Shown here piece by piece: positions 29,999 to 38,337 of a stretch of DNA of 64,000 bases; position 1 is the stretch's first letter, and each line of letters begins with the position of its first letter. Made by a program: the position numbers and the translations under genes. The notes below the pieces were generated by a model. The model was not told the DNA's origin and did not search any database. It saw only the letters and a program-made list of their open reading frames with translations. The stretch covers positions 86,404 to 150,403 of the forward strand of contig CALWRH010000004.1 in assembly GCA_944383895.1 (NCBI GenBank). Direction: 5' to 3'. Origin of the DNA: an uncultured Christensenellaceae bacterium (GTDB taxonomy: Bacteria; Bacillota; Clostridia; Christensenellales; UBA3700).

Positions 29999-30226
29999 TC
30001 AAAGCGTTATTTCGACTATCGTTTTGCCTTCTTTGTTGGTTATTTCTACCAGCTTCAGTTTTCCGAAGTTTTTGCGCGCCTTTTTCAGCTCTTTCGTCAG
30101 TTCGCCTACCGACGGCTTTTTGTTAGTGCCGTCATCTTTCATGACGTATTTGATTATCCCCCACGCGGCGATTCTTGTAGGGAGATACAGTTTTATTTTT
30201 ATGTCGTCGTTTACTAATATCTTCAT
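29999..30226 (-). CDS. Small hypothetical protein
   Basis: 75-aa ORF directly downstream of the XRE gene; hairpin terminator at about 29971-29999. Confidence 0.65.
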   Translation of the reverse strand: MKILVNDDIKIKLYLPTRIAAWGIIKYVMKDDGTNKKPSVGELTKELKKARKNFGKLKLVEITNKEGKTIVEITL

Positions 30227-30230
30227 ATCG

Positions 30231-30734
30231 TCAGAGTTGTTCTACAATGATTTTTACGGTGTCGCCGTCCTTGCTTTTAATGTCTACGATCGTGCCGAGA
30301 AGTCCCATCTTTACCATTTCGTCTATCTGGTCAAAGTCGACGTTCTGCAATACCGATCCGCTCTTGTTTCCCATAGAGATTCCCGATGTCAGAAAGGCTT
30401 TGCCGAGTTTATAGGGGATGTTGACCTTTACCGTGTCGTCGTCTGAGCTCTCTACCTGGATCTTAAGCAGGAGTTTGTCGGGATTCAGCGTTTCGGGCTT
30501 TACCGCGGTAGCGTTTTGCTGTTTGAGTCCGAGCAGTTCGTCCGTGGTTATACCGAACAGTCCCGCAAGGGTGCCGAGCAGAGTGATGTCGGGCGCTGAG
30601 AGGTCGTTTTCCCATTTGCTCACTGCCTGAGAAGAAACGCCGCATTTTTCGCCGAGTTCTTCCTGAGTTATGTTGCGCGCTTTGCGGTAATAAGATATTC
30701 TTTGTCCGAGTGTTTTATTGTCGATGTTATTCAT
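30231..30734 (-). CDS. XRE-family HTH regulator with C-terminal domain
   Basis: ITQEELGEKCGVSSQAVSKWENDLSAPD; AAGGAG RBS. Confidence 0.9.
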   Translation of the reverse strand: MNNIDNKTLGQRISYYRKARNITQEELGEKCGVSSQAVSKWENDLSAPDITLLGTLAGLFGITTDELLGLKQQNATAVKPETLNPDKLLLKIQVESSDDDTVKVNIPYKLGKAFLTSGISMGNKSGSVLQNVDFDQIDEMVKMGLLGTIVDIKSKDGDTVKIIVEQL

Positions 30735-30999
30735 ATATTTATTCTCCTTGTTATTCTTGATTTTTGTCGGCGTTCAGATCGTCGCTGCAGGCGTAAACCC
30801 GTATATCAACGTTCTTGATTGCCAGTCTTTTACGGCGACTGCCGTTGCTTTTGCGGAGCGGTAATAATTCAGCCTTTCTCCGAAGTTCATAAATTTTGAC
30901 GATTTCATTGCGGTTTCTCCTTTGACTTGCGTCCCTTTTGTGATTTCATCATATCATCGGTAAAGGACATAATCCACAGACCAAAGGTTGAAATCGCCA

Positions 31000-31032
31000 A
31001 ACCGTTAGTTGAATTTTATCCAACTGACGGTT
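31000..31032. promoter_or_regulatory. Inverted repeat, candidate XRE operator
   Basis: AACCGTTAGTTG-N9-CAACTGACGGTT (11/12 match) upstream of the XRE unit. Confidence 0.45.
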
Positions 31033-31150
31033 GAACCGTATAAAATTATACTATATCTGACGTTTTACGGCAACAAAGCTGATACAAAACGCGCTTTGTG
31101 CTTGAGAAATTTTATTTTCGGGAATACAATTAACAGAGGAGGACAGATTT

Positions 31151-31522
31151 ATGAAATTCAGACCTGTACACGAAAATTACAACGTAACCGATCTCGAGAG
31201 ATCGAAATCTTTTTACAAAGAGGCGCTCGGGCTTGAAGAAGTCAGAAGGATAAATGCAGACGACGGTTCTTTTACGATAATCTATCTTGAAAGCGGGGAC
31301 GGAGGTTTTCAGCTCGAGCTGACTCATCTTCGCGACTTTGACAGAAAGTACGATCTCGGCGACAACGAGTTTCATCTCGCTTTCGAAACAGAAGACTACG
31401 ACGCTGCTCACGCATTGCATGAGAAAATGGGTTGCATCTGTTTTGAAAATCCCGCCATGGGCATTTATTTTATAGAAGACCCCGACGGATATTGGCTTGA
31501 GATAGTCCCTTCAAAGAAATAA
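31151..31522 (+). CDS. VOC-family protein (lactoylglutathione lyase-like)
   Basis: HENYNVTDLERSKSFY, LELT, FHLAF, YFIEDPDGYWLEI. Confidence 0.9.
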   Translation: MKFRPVHENYNVTDLERSKSFYKEALGLEEVRRINADDGSFTIIYLESGDGGFQLELTHLRDFDRKYDLGDNEFHLAFETEDYDAAHALHEKMGCICFENPAMGIYFIEDPDGYWLEIVPSKK

Positions 31523-31737
31523 ATTCCGCGCTTTTTGCAGACTTTTTTGTCAGAAAAACTGATGAAGTCATAGCGGCAATGCCGCTGGTTTTCGGCTGTA
31601 AAAAAATTTTATAAAATTTGCAAAAAACCATGTTCAACCTCTTGACAAGCCGCATAAGCAGATATATAATGTGGGCGAAATCCGAGAGGAAGTAAAAATC
31701 CTGAGGATGAGAAAACTTAATACAGGAGGTGAGTGGT

Positions 31738-31806
31738 ATGAAATCGATGTGGCTCGCTTTCAGAGAGTACGTTCGCAGATACGGTCTTTACATAAAAATC
31801 TGGTAA
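31738..31806 (+). CDS. Putative 22-aa peptide MKSMWLAFREYVRRYGLYIKIW
   Basis: TTGACA-N17-TATAAT promoter (31642-31670), AGGAGGTG RBS, downstream hairpin with T-run. Confidence 0.55.
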   Translation: MKSMWLAFREYVRRYGLYIKIW

Positions 31807-31932
31807 AAGACGTTCAGCGAACGAAACAGAGGACAATGCAAAGTGCATTGTTATTTTTTTGCCCTTTTTCACCTTTATTTTCTAAATTTCAGTCTGAAAA
31901 ACATAACTTTGAATACAATTTTATCAATGCGA

Positions 31933-31961
31933 TTGACTAACCGTTGTCGATTTGGTATACT
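31933..31961 (+). promoter_or_regulatory. Sigma-A promoter for the repeat/tRNA-Ser transcript
   Basis: TTGACT-N17-TATACT. Confidence 0.7.
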
Positions 31962-32020
31962 CAAAAGGCACTGAAGGGTGCAAGCCCACATGAGGTATAT
32001 AAACAATTAAATAATTTAGG

Positions 32021-32465
32021 CATGGAGGCTAATTCGCTTACGCGAAAGCGACCGAAATGGGTCTTTGCATGGAAGAAGGATATAGTCGGATCGCCGAAGC
32101 GGTTATAACGAGGCGGTCTTGTAAGGAGCGTAGCAACGGAATAGCGAGCGGCAGAAAGTATCTTAAGAGCAGGACAATTTCTGCGAGCGTCAAACTCGTT
32201 TGGGTGCAAGCCCATAAAGAATAAAAAATTTTAATATTAAAGGCATGGAGGCTACTTCGCTTACGCGAAAGCGACCGAAAGGAGTCTTTACATAGAAGAA
32301 AGATATAGTCGGATCGCCGAAGCGGTCATAACGAGGCGGTCTTGTAAGGAGCGTAGCAACGGAATAGCGAGCGGCAGAAAGTGTTTTAAGAGCAGGACAA
32401 TTTCTGCGAGCGTCAAACACGTTTGGGTGCAAGCCCATAAAGAATAAAAAACTGAATATATTAGG
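32021..32465 (+). repeat. Two tandem ~223-bp repeats made of interrupted tRNA-Ser fragments
   Basis: Units start at 32021 and 32244; each contains GGAGGC, CGAAGCGGTYATAACGAGGCGGTCTTG and CGTTTGGGTGCAAGCCCA matching the adjacent tRNA. Confidence 0.9.
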
Positions 32466-32468
32466 CGT

Positions 32469-32557
32469 GGAGGCGTATCGAAGCGGTCATAACGAGGCGG
32501 TCTTGAAAACCGTTTGGGTGCAAGCCCACGGGGGTTCGAATCCCTCCGCCTCCGCCA
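32469..32557 (+). tRNA. tRNA-Ser (anticodon TGA)
   Basis: Acceptor GGAGGCG/CGCCTCC, anticodon arm GCGGT-CTTGAAA-ACCGT, long variable arm TGGG-TGCAAG-CCCA, GGTTCGAATCC, encoded CCA. Confidence 0.96.
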
Positions 32558-32595
32558 AGAGGAATCGTGTTTGAACACACGGTTCCTCTATTTTT
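32558..32595 (+). terminator. Terminator after tRNA-Ser
   Basis: AGAGGAATCGTGT...ACACGGTTCCTCT followed by ATTTTT. Confidence 0.7.
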
Positions 32596-32757
32596 CTATA
32601 AAAGGCATTTGCGGTATCATTATCAATACCAAAGTTTACATCCCGCAATGGTCAGACTTCTACTTGACGCAGAAAAGAGATAAACACGGCAACTATACAA
32701 AATAGACGGATTTTTGCCGTCTATTTTGTTTGCATTAAAACTTGTTTTTGCTACGAC

Positions 32758-33885
32758 TCAATTATCTGATGGTTTTTCTTGTAACATCATTATAATCGAA
32801 GGCAAATATAGTAAAACTTCCTCAAAAATTTCTTCTTTATTACACAAATAGTCCGCTATTATCCGCAAATTCAGATATAACAATAACAGCTTTACAGCAG
32901 AATACTTATCAACGTCAATCAAATTGCTATCATAATCTCCATGTATAATTGTATTTCGATGAATTACTCCCTCAACCGGAACTGTTGCATAAACTTTTTG
33001 ATAGTAACTATCAATCTTATTCCACGCACTTTCAATCCATGGATCATCAGTATTATCGATTAATTCATCAATTTTTTGAGCACGTTGATGACCTTTTTTA
33101 TATTGTTTTCTTTTCGCTACTATTCCCTCATATGTATTTGCTGCTTTTTTATGTTCGCTGTCCAATAAAGCAAATAAATTTCTTACTGCGCTTCTATAAT
33201 ATCCACAATTTATCAATTCTATTGTTGCTCCAATATCTTCTTGCTTTCTTATCATAGAAATTCCTGGATTCTTCATGTTTAGCAATGTCGATAATAATAC
33301 ATTTAATCCTGCACAATCTGAATACAAAAAGGCATCAATTATATCTTCCGCTTGAATATCTTTATCCAATATAGGCAAATCTGGCGTTTCTAAATAATAC
33401 AAAAACAACCCCTCATCGGCATAAAAAGCCATTTTCTCTTTATATTCTGCAGAAAATAATTCCTCCCTGTCTTTTTTCAACTTTGACTCAAAATTAGAAA
33501 ATGCCACAATATATTCATAAAAAGCTTTTGTGAATTCAGGTTGAATCTTGTCATACTCATTGAGCTCTGAAATCTTTTTCCTTTTTTCTAATATTTCAGA
33601 ATGCTTTTCAGGCTCCTTTCTTGCGACGTCGAGTACCTGTTGAATTATGCCTAATTTTATGTCTTCTTTAGGGATCACTTTATTTAATTCAGGATATTTT
33701 TCTAATAATTTTCTTGTTCCTTCGTGTAATAAAACAAATGATTGTTCCCAATAATTGTCATACACACTTCTTTTCTCCATCATTTCTTTTGACAATCTTT
33801 CTTGCTCTTCGATGGCTTTCAATACTTCTGGTGTTTGACACTGCTCTTTTTGTTTGATAAAAAAGTTTAATATATTTTCGTTCAT
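32758..33885 (-). CDS. Hypothetical protein with C-terminal HEPN-like RxxxxH motif
   Basis: IHRNTIIHGD near C-terminus; helical; AT-rich; AAGGGGG RBS before ATG 33885. Confidence 0.65.
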   Translation of the reverse strand: MNENILNFFIKQKEQCQTPEVLKAIEEQERLSKEMMEKRSVYDNYWEQSFVLLHEGTRKLLEKYPELNKVIPKEDIKLGIIQQVLDVARKEPEKHSEILEKRKKISELNEYDKIQPEFTKAFYEYIVAFSNFESKLKKDREELFSAEYKEKMAFYADEGLFLYYLETPDLPILDKDIQAEDIIDAFLYSDCAGLNVLLSTLLNMKNPGISMIRKQEDIGATIELINCGYYRSAVRNLFALLDSEHKKAANTYEGIVAKRKQYKKGHQRAQKIDELIDNTDDPWIESAWNKIDSYYQKVYATVPVEGVIHRNTIIHGDYDSNLIDVDKYSAVKLLLLYLNLRIIADYLCNKEEIFEEVLLYLPSIIMMLQEKPSDN

Positions 33886-33954
33886 ATGAACCCCCTTGAT
33901 ATAATACAATCAGTATATCACATATTGCTTAATATGGAACACTACACTCCAATT

Positions 33955-34179
33955 TTTTGCCGTTTCGGAGAGGCTATCGTAGCACGGATTTCTCATAAGT
34001 CAAGGCGAAAAAATTGTTTTTATTTTGCTGTGCATCAACTGGGAAGTGATCTTCTCGGTTGATTTATTTTTCTATTCAACACAATTTTTTATCTTCTTCC
34101 CTTGACTTCTGAACACATTACAAATCAACACTTATACATTTATCAATCAGTGCTACTTGCCTCGTGCCGAAAGGCAAAA
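33955..34179. promoter_or_regulatory. Long imperfect hairpin, Frpo/ssi-like single-strand promoter or origin
   Basis: Nested arms TTTTGCC/GGCAAAA, TTTCGG/CCGAAA, GAGGC/GCCTC, GTAGCAC/GTGCTAC, AAGTCAAGG/CCTTGACTT, AAAAAATTGT/ACAATTTTTT; minus strand of left arm reads TTGACT-N16-TACGAT. Confidence 0.7.
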
Positions 34180-34200
34180 TAAAAATTGGAGGTATAGTAT

Positions 34201-34461
34201 ATGGAAAAATCAGTTTCCAAAATTCCCGAGTTCAAACAGTATTACCTTTCTGAATTTGAATTCTTTGACGGTGATGAGTTTATCACTTTCAACATTGTCG
34301 GTATCAACGTAACAAGAAACACTATTGCGATAGCGGTGTCCGACAGAGGTAAGATCAGCATTATCGACTTCGACCTTATGTCGGATAAAGACGGTAATCT
34401 TTACTTCGAGTACGGTTGCACGTTCAAAAAGATCTATCTCGATGACTTCACGGAGGTATGA
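34201..34461 (+). CDS. Small hypothetical protein (first gene of leading-region-like operon)
   Basis: GGAGGT RBS; overlaps start of next ORF. Confidence 0.75.
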   Translation: MEKSVSKIPEFKQYYLSEFEFFDGDEFITFNIVGINVTRNTIAIAVSDRGKISIIDFDLMSDKDGNLYFEYGCTFKKIYLDDFTEV

Positions 34462-34877
34462 CTATGAAACTTACATTAGCTAACGTCAAAGACCTTAAAA
34501 AAGGCAGCAATAACAAGCTGACGAAAAGGGTCTGTAATTACGTCATGTCCAGATGGAGCGACTACGACGATAAAAAGCATATCTTCACGGACGTGCTCAA
34601 TTATGGCTGTCAGTCGGGCGTTGTAGGCGAACTTATCTATTACTCCGATACGGTGCGCTTCTACAAGCTGTATAAAGACGAAATCAATGCGCTTTTGTAT
34701 GACGCAATGTACGGAACGGGACTCTACTCTCCGTCCGATCTGTTCGGCAATAAGTGGGATAAGGAAGATCCGTTGGCGCAGGACACTTACAATCAGAATC
34801 TTCTGGCGTGGTTCGGCTTTGAAGAAACACTCAGAAAAATCGGTTACAACTTTGAAAAACTCGAAAATTTTATCTAA
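34458..34877 (+). CDS. Hypothetical protein (mobile-element type, GCQSG/NLLAWFGFEE motifs)
   Basis: GGAGGT RBS; tightly packed operon; start may be 34464. Confidence 0.75.
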   Translation: MTMKLTLANVKDLKKGSNNKLTKRVCNYVMSRWSDYDDKKHIFTDVLNYGCQSGVVGELIYYSDTVRFYKLYKDEINALLYDAMYGTGLYSPSDLFGNKWDKEDPLAQDTYNQNLLAWFGFEETLRKIGYNFEKLENFI

Positions 34878-34890
34878 GGAGGAAAAAACT

Positions 34891-35301
34891 ATGAAAACAA
34901 CAATCACCAAGAAAGAGAAAGCAATCGAAATCCTGAAAAGGATGGACATTTACAAGCCGTACATAAAGGGCTTTGAGGAAGAAGACAAGGTATGCTTCTT
35001 TGAACAGTTCGGCGGTTTCTGGATAGATCAGGAGCCGGAAGTATACGCAAAGATGAAAGCCATCGAAGAAAAGCATAAGTGCAAAGTTTACGCCGTTACG
35101 CACGAGTACACGGAGTTCGGAGAGCTTTACTCCTTCCTTATCGTTACAGATTATCCCGAAGAGTGGGACGATCTCGTATACAGCGAAGGAAATCAGCATA
35201 CGGCATTTGCCTACGTCTGGAACAAAGACGACGATTATTGCTCCGAATTCGGCAGCGTTACCGTACAGAGTTTCGGTGGCGGAATAAGAAGGATCGCGTG
35301 A
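34891..35301 (+). CDS. Small acidic hypothetical protein
   Basis: AAGGAGG RBS before ATG 34891; YVWNKDDDYCSEFGSV...GGGIRRIA. Confidence 0.75.
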   Translation: MKTTITKKEKAIEILKRMDIYKPYIKGFEEEDKVCFFEQFGGFWIDQEPEVYAKMKAIEEKHKCKVYAVTHEYTEFGELYSFLIVTDYPEEWDDLVYSEGNQHTAFAYVWNKDDDYCSEFGSVTVQSFGGGIRRIA

Positions 35302-35309
35302 GGTGAAAT

Positions 35310-35621
35310 ATGAAAGTATATCTCGTAAAACTTGATTGGTCTACCGAAGACAGCAACGACGTGGAGATAACCGTTTGCGGTACATACGAAAAAGCATACG
35401 AAAAGTTCAAGGAACTGATCGCAGACGAAATGAATCCGCAAAATTCCTGGGCGGGCGAAATTGAATGGGATAACGACGTCCCGAAAGACGACAAAATCGA
35501 ATTTGACTTCCTCGACCGCAGGAACGACACCGATGAGACCGAGTGTTATTGGATGATTACCGATACATGGAATTACGGAGTGCATACCTTTATCTCAATA
35601 GAAATTAAGGAGGTCTTATGA
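35310..35621 (+). CDS. Small highly acidic hypothetical protein
   Basis: GAGGTG RBS; very D/E-rich 103 aa. Confidence 0.75.
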   Translation: MKVYLVKLDWSTEDSNDVEITVCGTYEKAYEKFKELIADEMNPQNSWAGEIEWDNDVPKDDKIEFDFLDRRNDTDETECYWMITDTWNYGVHTFISIEIKEVL

Positions 35622-35624
35622 AAT

Positions 35625-35999
35625 ATGGCAAAACTCAACGACCTTAAGAAGTACATTGATTACGAATTTTCGTCCGGATGCTATACGGGCGAAGATTACA
35701 AATCCTTTCAGACGAAGTACATAAATTACCTGAGAGCGATGTGCAAAGAAAACCATTGGGAGCTTGTCAAGGTAGGCAAAAACCATTACTGCTTTTCGGC
35801 GTTTATCAAAAGCTCGGAAAATAAGTGCGTTTACCTGTCTATCAGCGACGTGAGATACTTCTCCAACGAGTGGTACAGCCACATACTCGTCCGCACGGCG
35901 AAAAACGAGGTAGATTACAGAGGCGGTTTCAACAACTATACGACGCTCGAAAATCTGGACTACACCGTGGCAAAACTTCTCAAAGACTTGCCGTTTTAA
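35625..35999 (+). CDS. Hypothetical protein
   Basis: In operon; YLSISDVRYF, ILVRTAK, DYRGGFNNY motifs. Confidence 0.75.
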   Translation: MAKLNDLKKYIDYEFSSGCYTGEDYKSFQTKYINYLRAMCKENHWELVKVGKNHYCFSAFIKSSENKCVYLSISDVRYFSNEWYSHILVRTAKNEVDYRGGFNNYTTLENLDYTVAKLLKDLPF

Positions 36000-36010
36000 G
36001 GAGGAAGACA

Positions 36011-36664
36011 ATGAAACTCGATCTTGAAGCTAAAACAAAAGAACAGGAACTCGTAAAAGCGTATCTCGAAGAGAACGCAAGCGAAGTCCTGGCAGAGAAA
36101 ATCAACAACGGAGTCCGTATCGAAAAAGACGACAAAACGCTGATAAACAAAAAGACGTTGGACGGCTTTATGAAATACGCATCTGACGAGGCGAGGAAAC
36201 TTGCCTCCAAGGGTGCAAATTCAGCGTGCGTTGAAGATAGAGTCGTGTACGGCTGGGCTGTGCATTACTTTGAAGAAGACTCGATAGAAGGTACTCTTTA
36301 CAACGAGGACGGAAGCGAATATAAGCCCGCGCCTAAGGTTACGGACAAGCCTGTCGTTAAACCTGTAAAACCCAAGGACAGCTCCGCTCAGATCTCTATG
36401 TTCGATTTTGAGGAAAAGGAAGAGCAAAAGAACGAAGACGAAGAGGAAGAAGACGTCGAGGAAAAAGACAAAGACGATGACGACGAAGAGCCGCCGACAC
36501 AGGAAGAAATCAACGAAATGCTTGCAGAACTTGCCGAAGACGAAAAGTTAAGCAATATGCAAGAAGTAATTGACGTTGAAACCGGTGAGATAATCTCCGA
36601 GTCTAACGACGAAATAATAAGCAAGCTGAGGGACATTCTCGGCGACTGCTTTATAGTGAGGTGA
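36011..36664 (+). CDS. PcfK/AcrIIA9-like protein with acidic C-terminal tail
   Basis: KTLDGFMKYASDEARK...EDRVVYGWAVHYFEED, QISMFD; directly upstream of the PcfJ-like gene; AGGAGG RBS. Confidence 0.7.
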   Translation: MKLDLEAKTKEQELVKAYLEENASEVLAEKINNGVRIEKDDKTLINKKTLDGFMKYASDEARKLASKGANSACVEDRVVYGWAVHYFEEDSIEGTLYNEDGSEYKPAPKVTDKPVVKPVKPKDSSAQISMFDFEEKEEQKNEDEEEEDVEEKDKDDDDEEPPTQEEINEMLAELAEDEKLSNMQEVIDVETGEIISESNDEIISKLRDILGDCFIVR

Positions 36665-36668
36665 AATT

Positions 36669-37985
36669 ATGAAAGTGACAGACATCAGACCTATTCCGAA
36701 ATACATATTGAACAAAATCAGAAAAGCGGATAACAAAAACTGTCCGAGTCCTGACGGTCACGTTCGCTGCTATGCATACTTGACTACTTGGAAAAACGAA
36801 CTTATAAAAGTGACCGTTGCAGTCAAACACCGTTACAAAAAATGGTACTGTAAGCAAGTTGCCGTTCACGGACTGAACTCCGAAAAATGCTTCGTGAAAG
36901 ATATGGAATACTGTTACTGTGCAAGTATGGGATTCCGTTTCGGCTGGTACGACGAAGGTTTGCAAAAATACAAAAACTGGTACGAACGCGGTTGGTGCTG
37001 GGCAGACGATAAATATTACGACCCGTATGCGGAGATTGTCAATCTCGATTTTATAGACCGCTTGCCGGAGTTCAAATACAGCGCATATAAACTTTACCAG
37101 GGCTGCAATATCTTCAAATATTTACGTCTTTATAGACAGTATCCCCAAATGGAACTGTTGATGAAATTCGGTTTTGCGAGTATCGCTCAAAGCAAAATGA
37201 TATTGAAGCTGACCGCAAAAGACAAGAAATTTTGCAAATGGCTGATACGCAATAAAGAACAGATACTCGATTCGTATTGCTATATCGACGTTATCATAAG
37301 GGCGTACCGTACAGGAAGAGAAATCGCATGTCTGCAAGCGTACAGACATGCTAAATTGGCACTCCGTACGGACAACCATAGAGATGAAATAAAGGAACTT
37401 TTCAAAGGCAAAGACCTCGAAAAGTTCTTTGACTATATAGCAAAGCAAAAGACGAATATAAACAGTTATTGCGACTACATAAAGGCTTGCAAACGTCTCG
37501 GCTTGGATCTTACGCAGGAAAAGAACTTGCTGCCTCACGACTTCAAGCGTTGGCACGATATACGAACAGACGAATACGCAACTCAAAAGGCTCTCGAAGA
37601 CGAAGAAAAGCGTAAAGAACTCTATGCGAAATTTGCGGAGATTGCTCGAAAATATACATCTCTCGAACACGCAAAGAAAAGCGCGTTTGTCTGCATTATA
37701 GCGAAAAGCCCTGCAGACCTTATCCGAGAAGGCGAGGTACTGCATCACTGCGTTGGGCGTATGAATTACGACCAGAAATTCGTAAGAGAAGAATCGCTTA
37801 TCTTCTTCGTTCGTAATAAAAATAATCCCGACGTCCCGCTCGTTACTCTCGAATATTCGGTGAAAAACAAAAAGATACTGCAATGTTACGGAGACCACGA
37901 TACTAAACCGAGCGAAAACATACTGCATTACGTCAACAAGATATGGCTGCCGTATGCGAGAAAAACAATAAAAAACATAGCATAA
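36669..37985 (+). CDS. PcfJ-domain protein
   Basis: YCDYIK, LLPHDFKRWHD, LIREGEVLHHCVG, IFFVR, TLEY, QCYG. Confidence 0.85.
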   Translation: MKVTDIRPIPKYILNKIRKADNKNCPSPDGHVRCYAYLTTWKNELIKVTVAVKHRYKKWYCKQVAVHGLNSEKCFVKDMEYCYCASMGFRFGWYDEGLQKYKNWYERGWCWADDKYYDPYAEIVNLDFIDRLPEFKYSAYKLYQGCNIFKYLRLYRQYPQMELLMKFGFASIAQSKMILKLTAKDKKFCKWLIRNKEQILDSYCYIDVIIRAYRTGREIACLQAYRHAKLALRTDNHRDEIKELFKGKDLEKFFDYIAKQKTNINSYCDYIKACKRLGLDLTQEKNLLPHDFKRWHDIRTDEYATQKALEDEEKRKELYAKFAEIARKYTSLEHAKKSAFVCIIAKSPADLIREGEVLHHCVGRMNYDQKFVREESLIFFVRNKNNPDVPLVTLEYSVKNKKILQCYGDHDTKPSENILHYVNKIWLPYARKTIKNIA

Positions 37986-37997
37986 AGGAGAAAGACT

Positions 37998-38282
37998 ATG
38001 AACAATTATTACAGAATTACAGCATATCACCCCGCAGAAGATTTATCCGTTATTGCGGATAGCAACGGCAAGTTTGAAAAGCTCTGGGAGTTTTCGGCTT
38101 ATCTGGTATCCAAAGGTTTCAAGGTAATAGCCGTAAACAAAGAAGAAGGCTTTGAAATTGGCAATTTACCTAAAATCGCTCTGAATAATGATAAAATTAC
38201 AATTCAGGCATATTTTAAAGGTAAACCAGTTGTAGAAGGTAAAATGATTTCCGTAGGTTCAAGTTATTATAATATTTTATAA
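37998..38282 (+). CDS. Small hypothetical protein
   Basis: AAGGAG RBS; last gene of operon before the terminator. Confidence 0.7.
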   Translation: MNNYYRITAYHPAEDLSVIADSNGKFEKLWEFSAYLVSKGFKVIAVNKEEGFEIGNLPKIALNNDKITIQAYFKGKPVVEGKMISVGSSYYNIL

Positions 38283-38286
38283 TATT

Positions 38287-38321
38287 AAAGCCGAGACTCG
38301 TACAGAATCTCGGCTTTATTT
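38287..38321. terminator. Bidirectional terminator
   Basis: AAAGCCGAGA...TCTCGGCTTT between convergent operons. Confidence 0.75.
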
Positions 38322-38337
38322 ATGATAACATGATTTA

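Noticed and set aside
31670-31870. T-box riboswitch
   Set aside because: No T-box consensus recognised, no downstream synthetase gene, and a strong RBS with a short ORF explains the region better
32021-32465. Intron-containing functional tRNAs
   Set aside because: Inserts are only 65-70 nt, too short for group I introns, and the copies lack the T arm and 3' acceptor stem
31976-32528. CRISPR array (recurring GGGTGCAAGCCCA hairpin)
   Set aside because: The intervening sequences are ~210 bp and nearly identical to each other, the repeat is the tRNA variable arm, and no cas genes are present
32469-32557. tRNA-Sec or suppressor tRNA
   Set aside because: Anticodon is TGA (reads UCA, Ser), not TCA, and the acceptor stem is a normal 7 bp
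31961-32578. Minus-strand ORFs of 84, 82 and 96 aa over the repeats and tRNA
   Set aside because: They are antisense translations of the tRNA-derived repeats with no RBS
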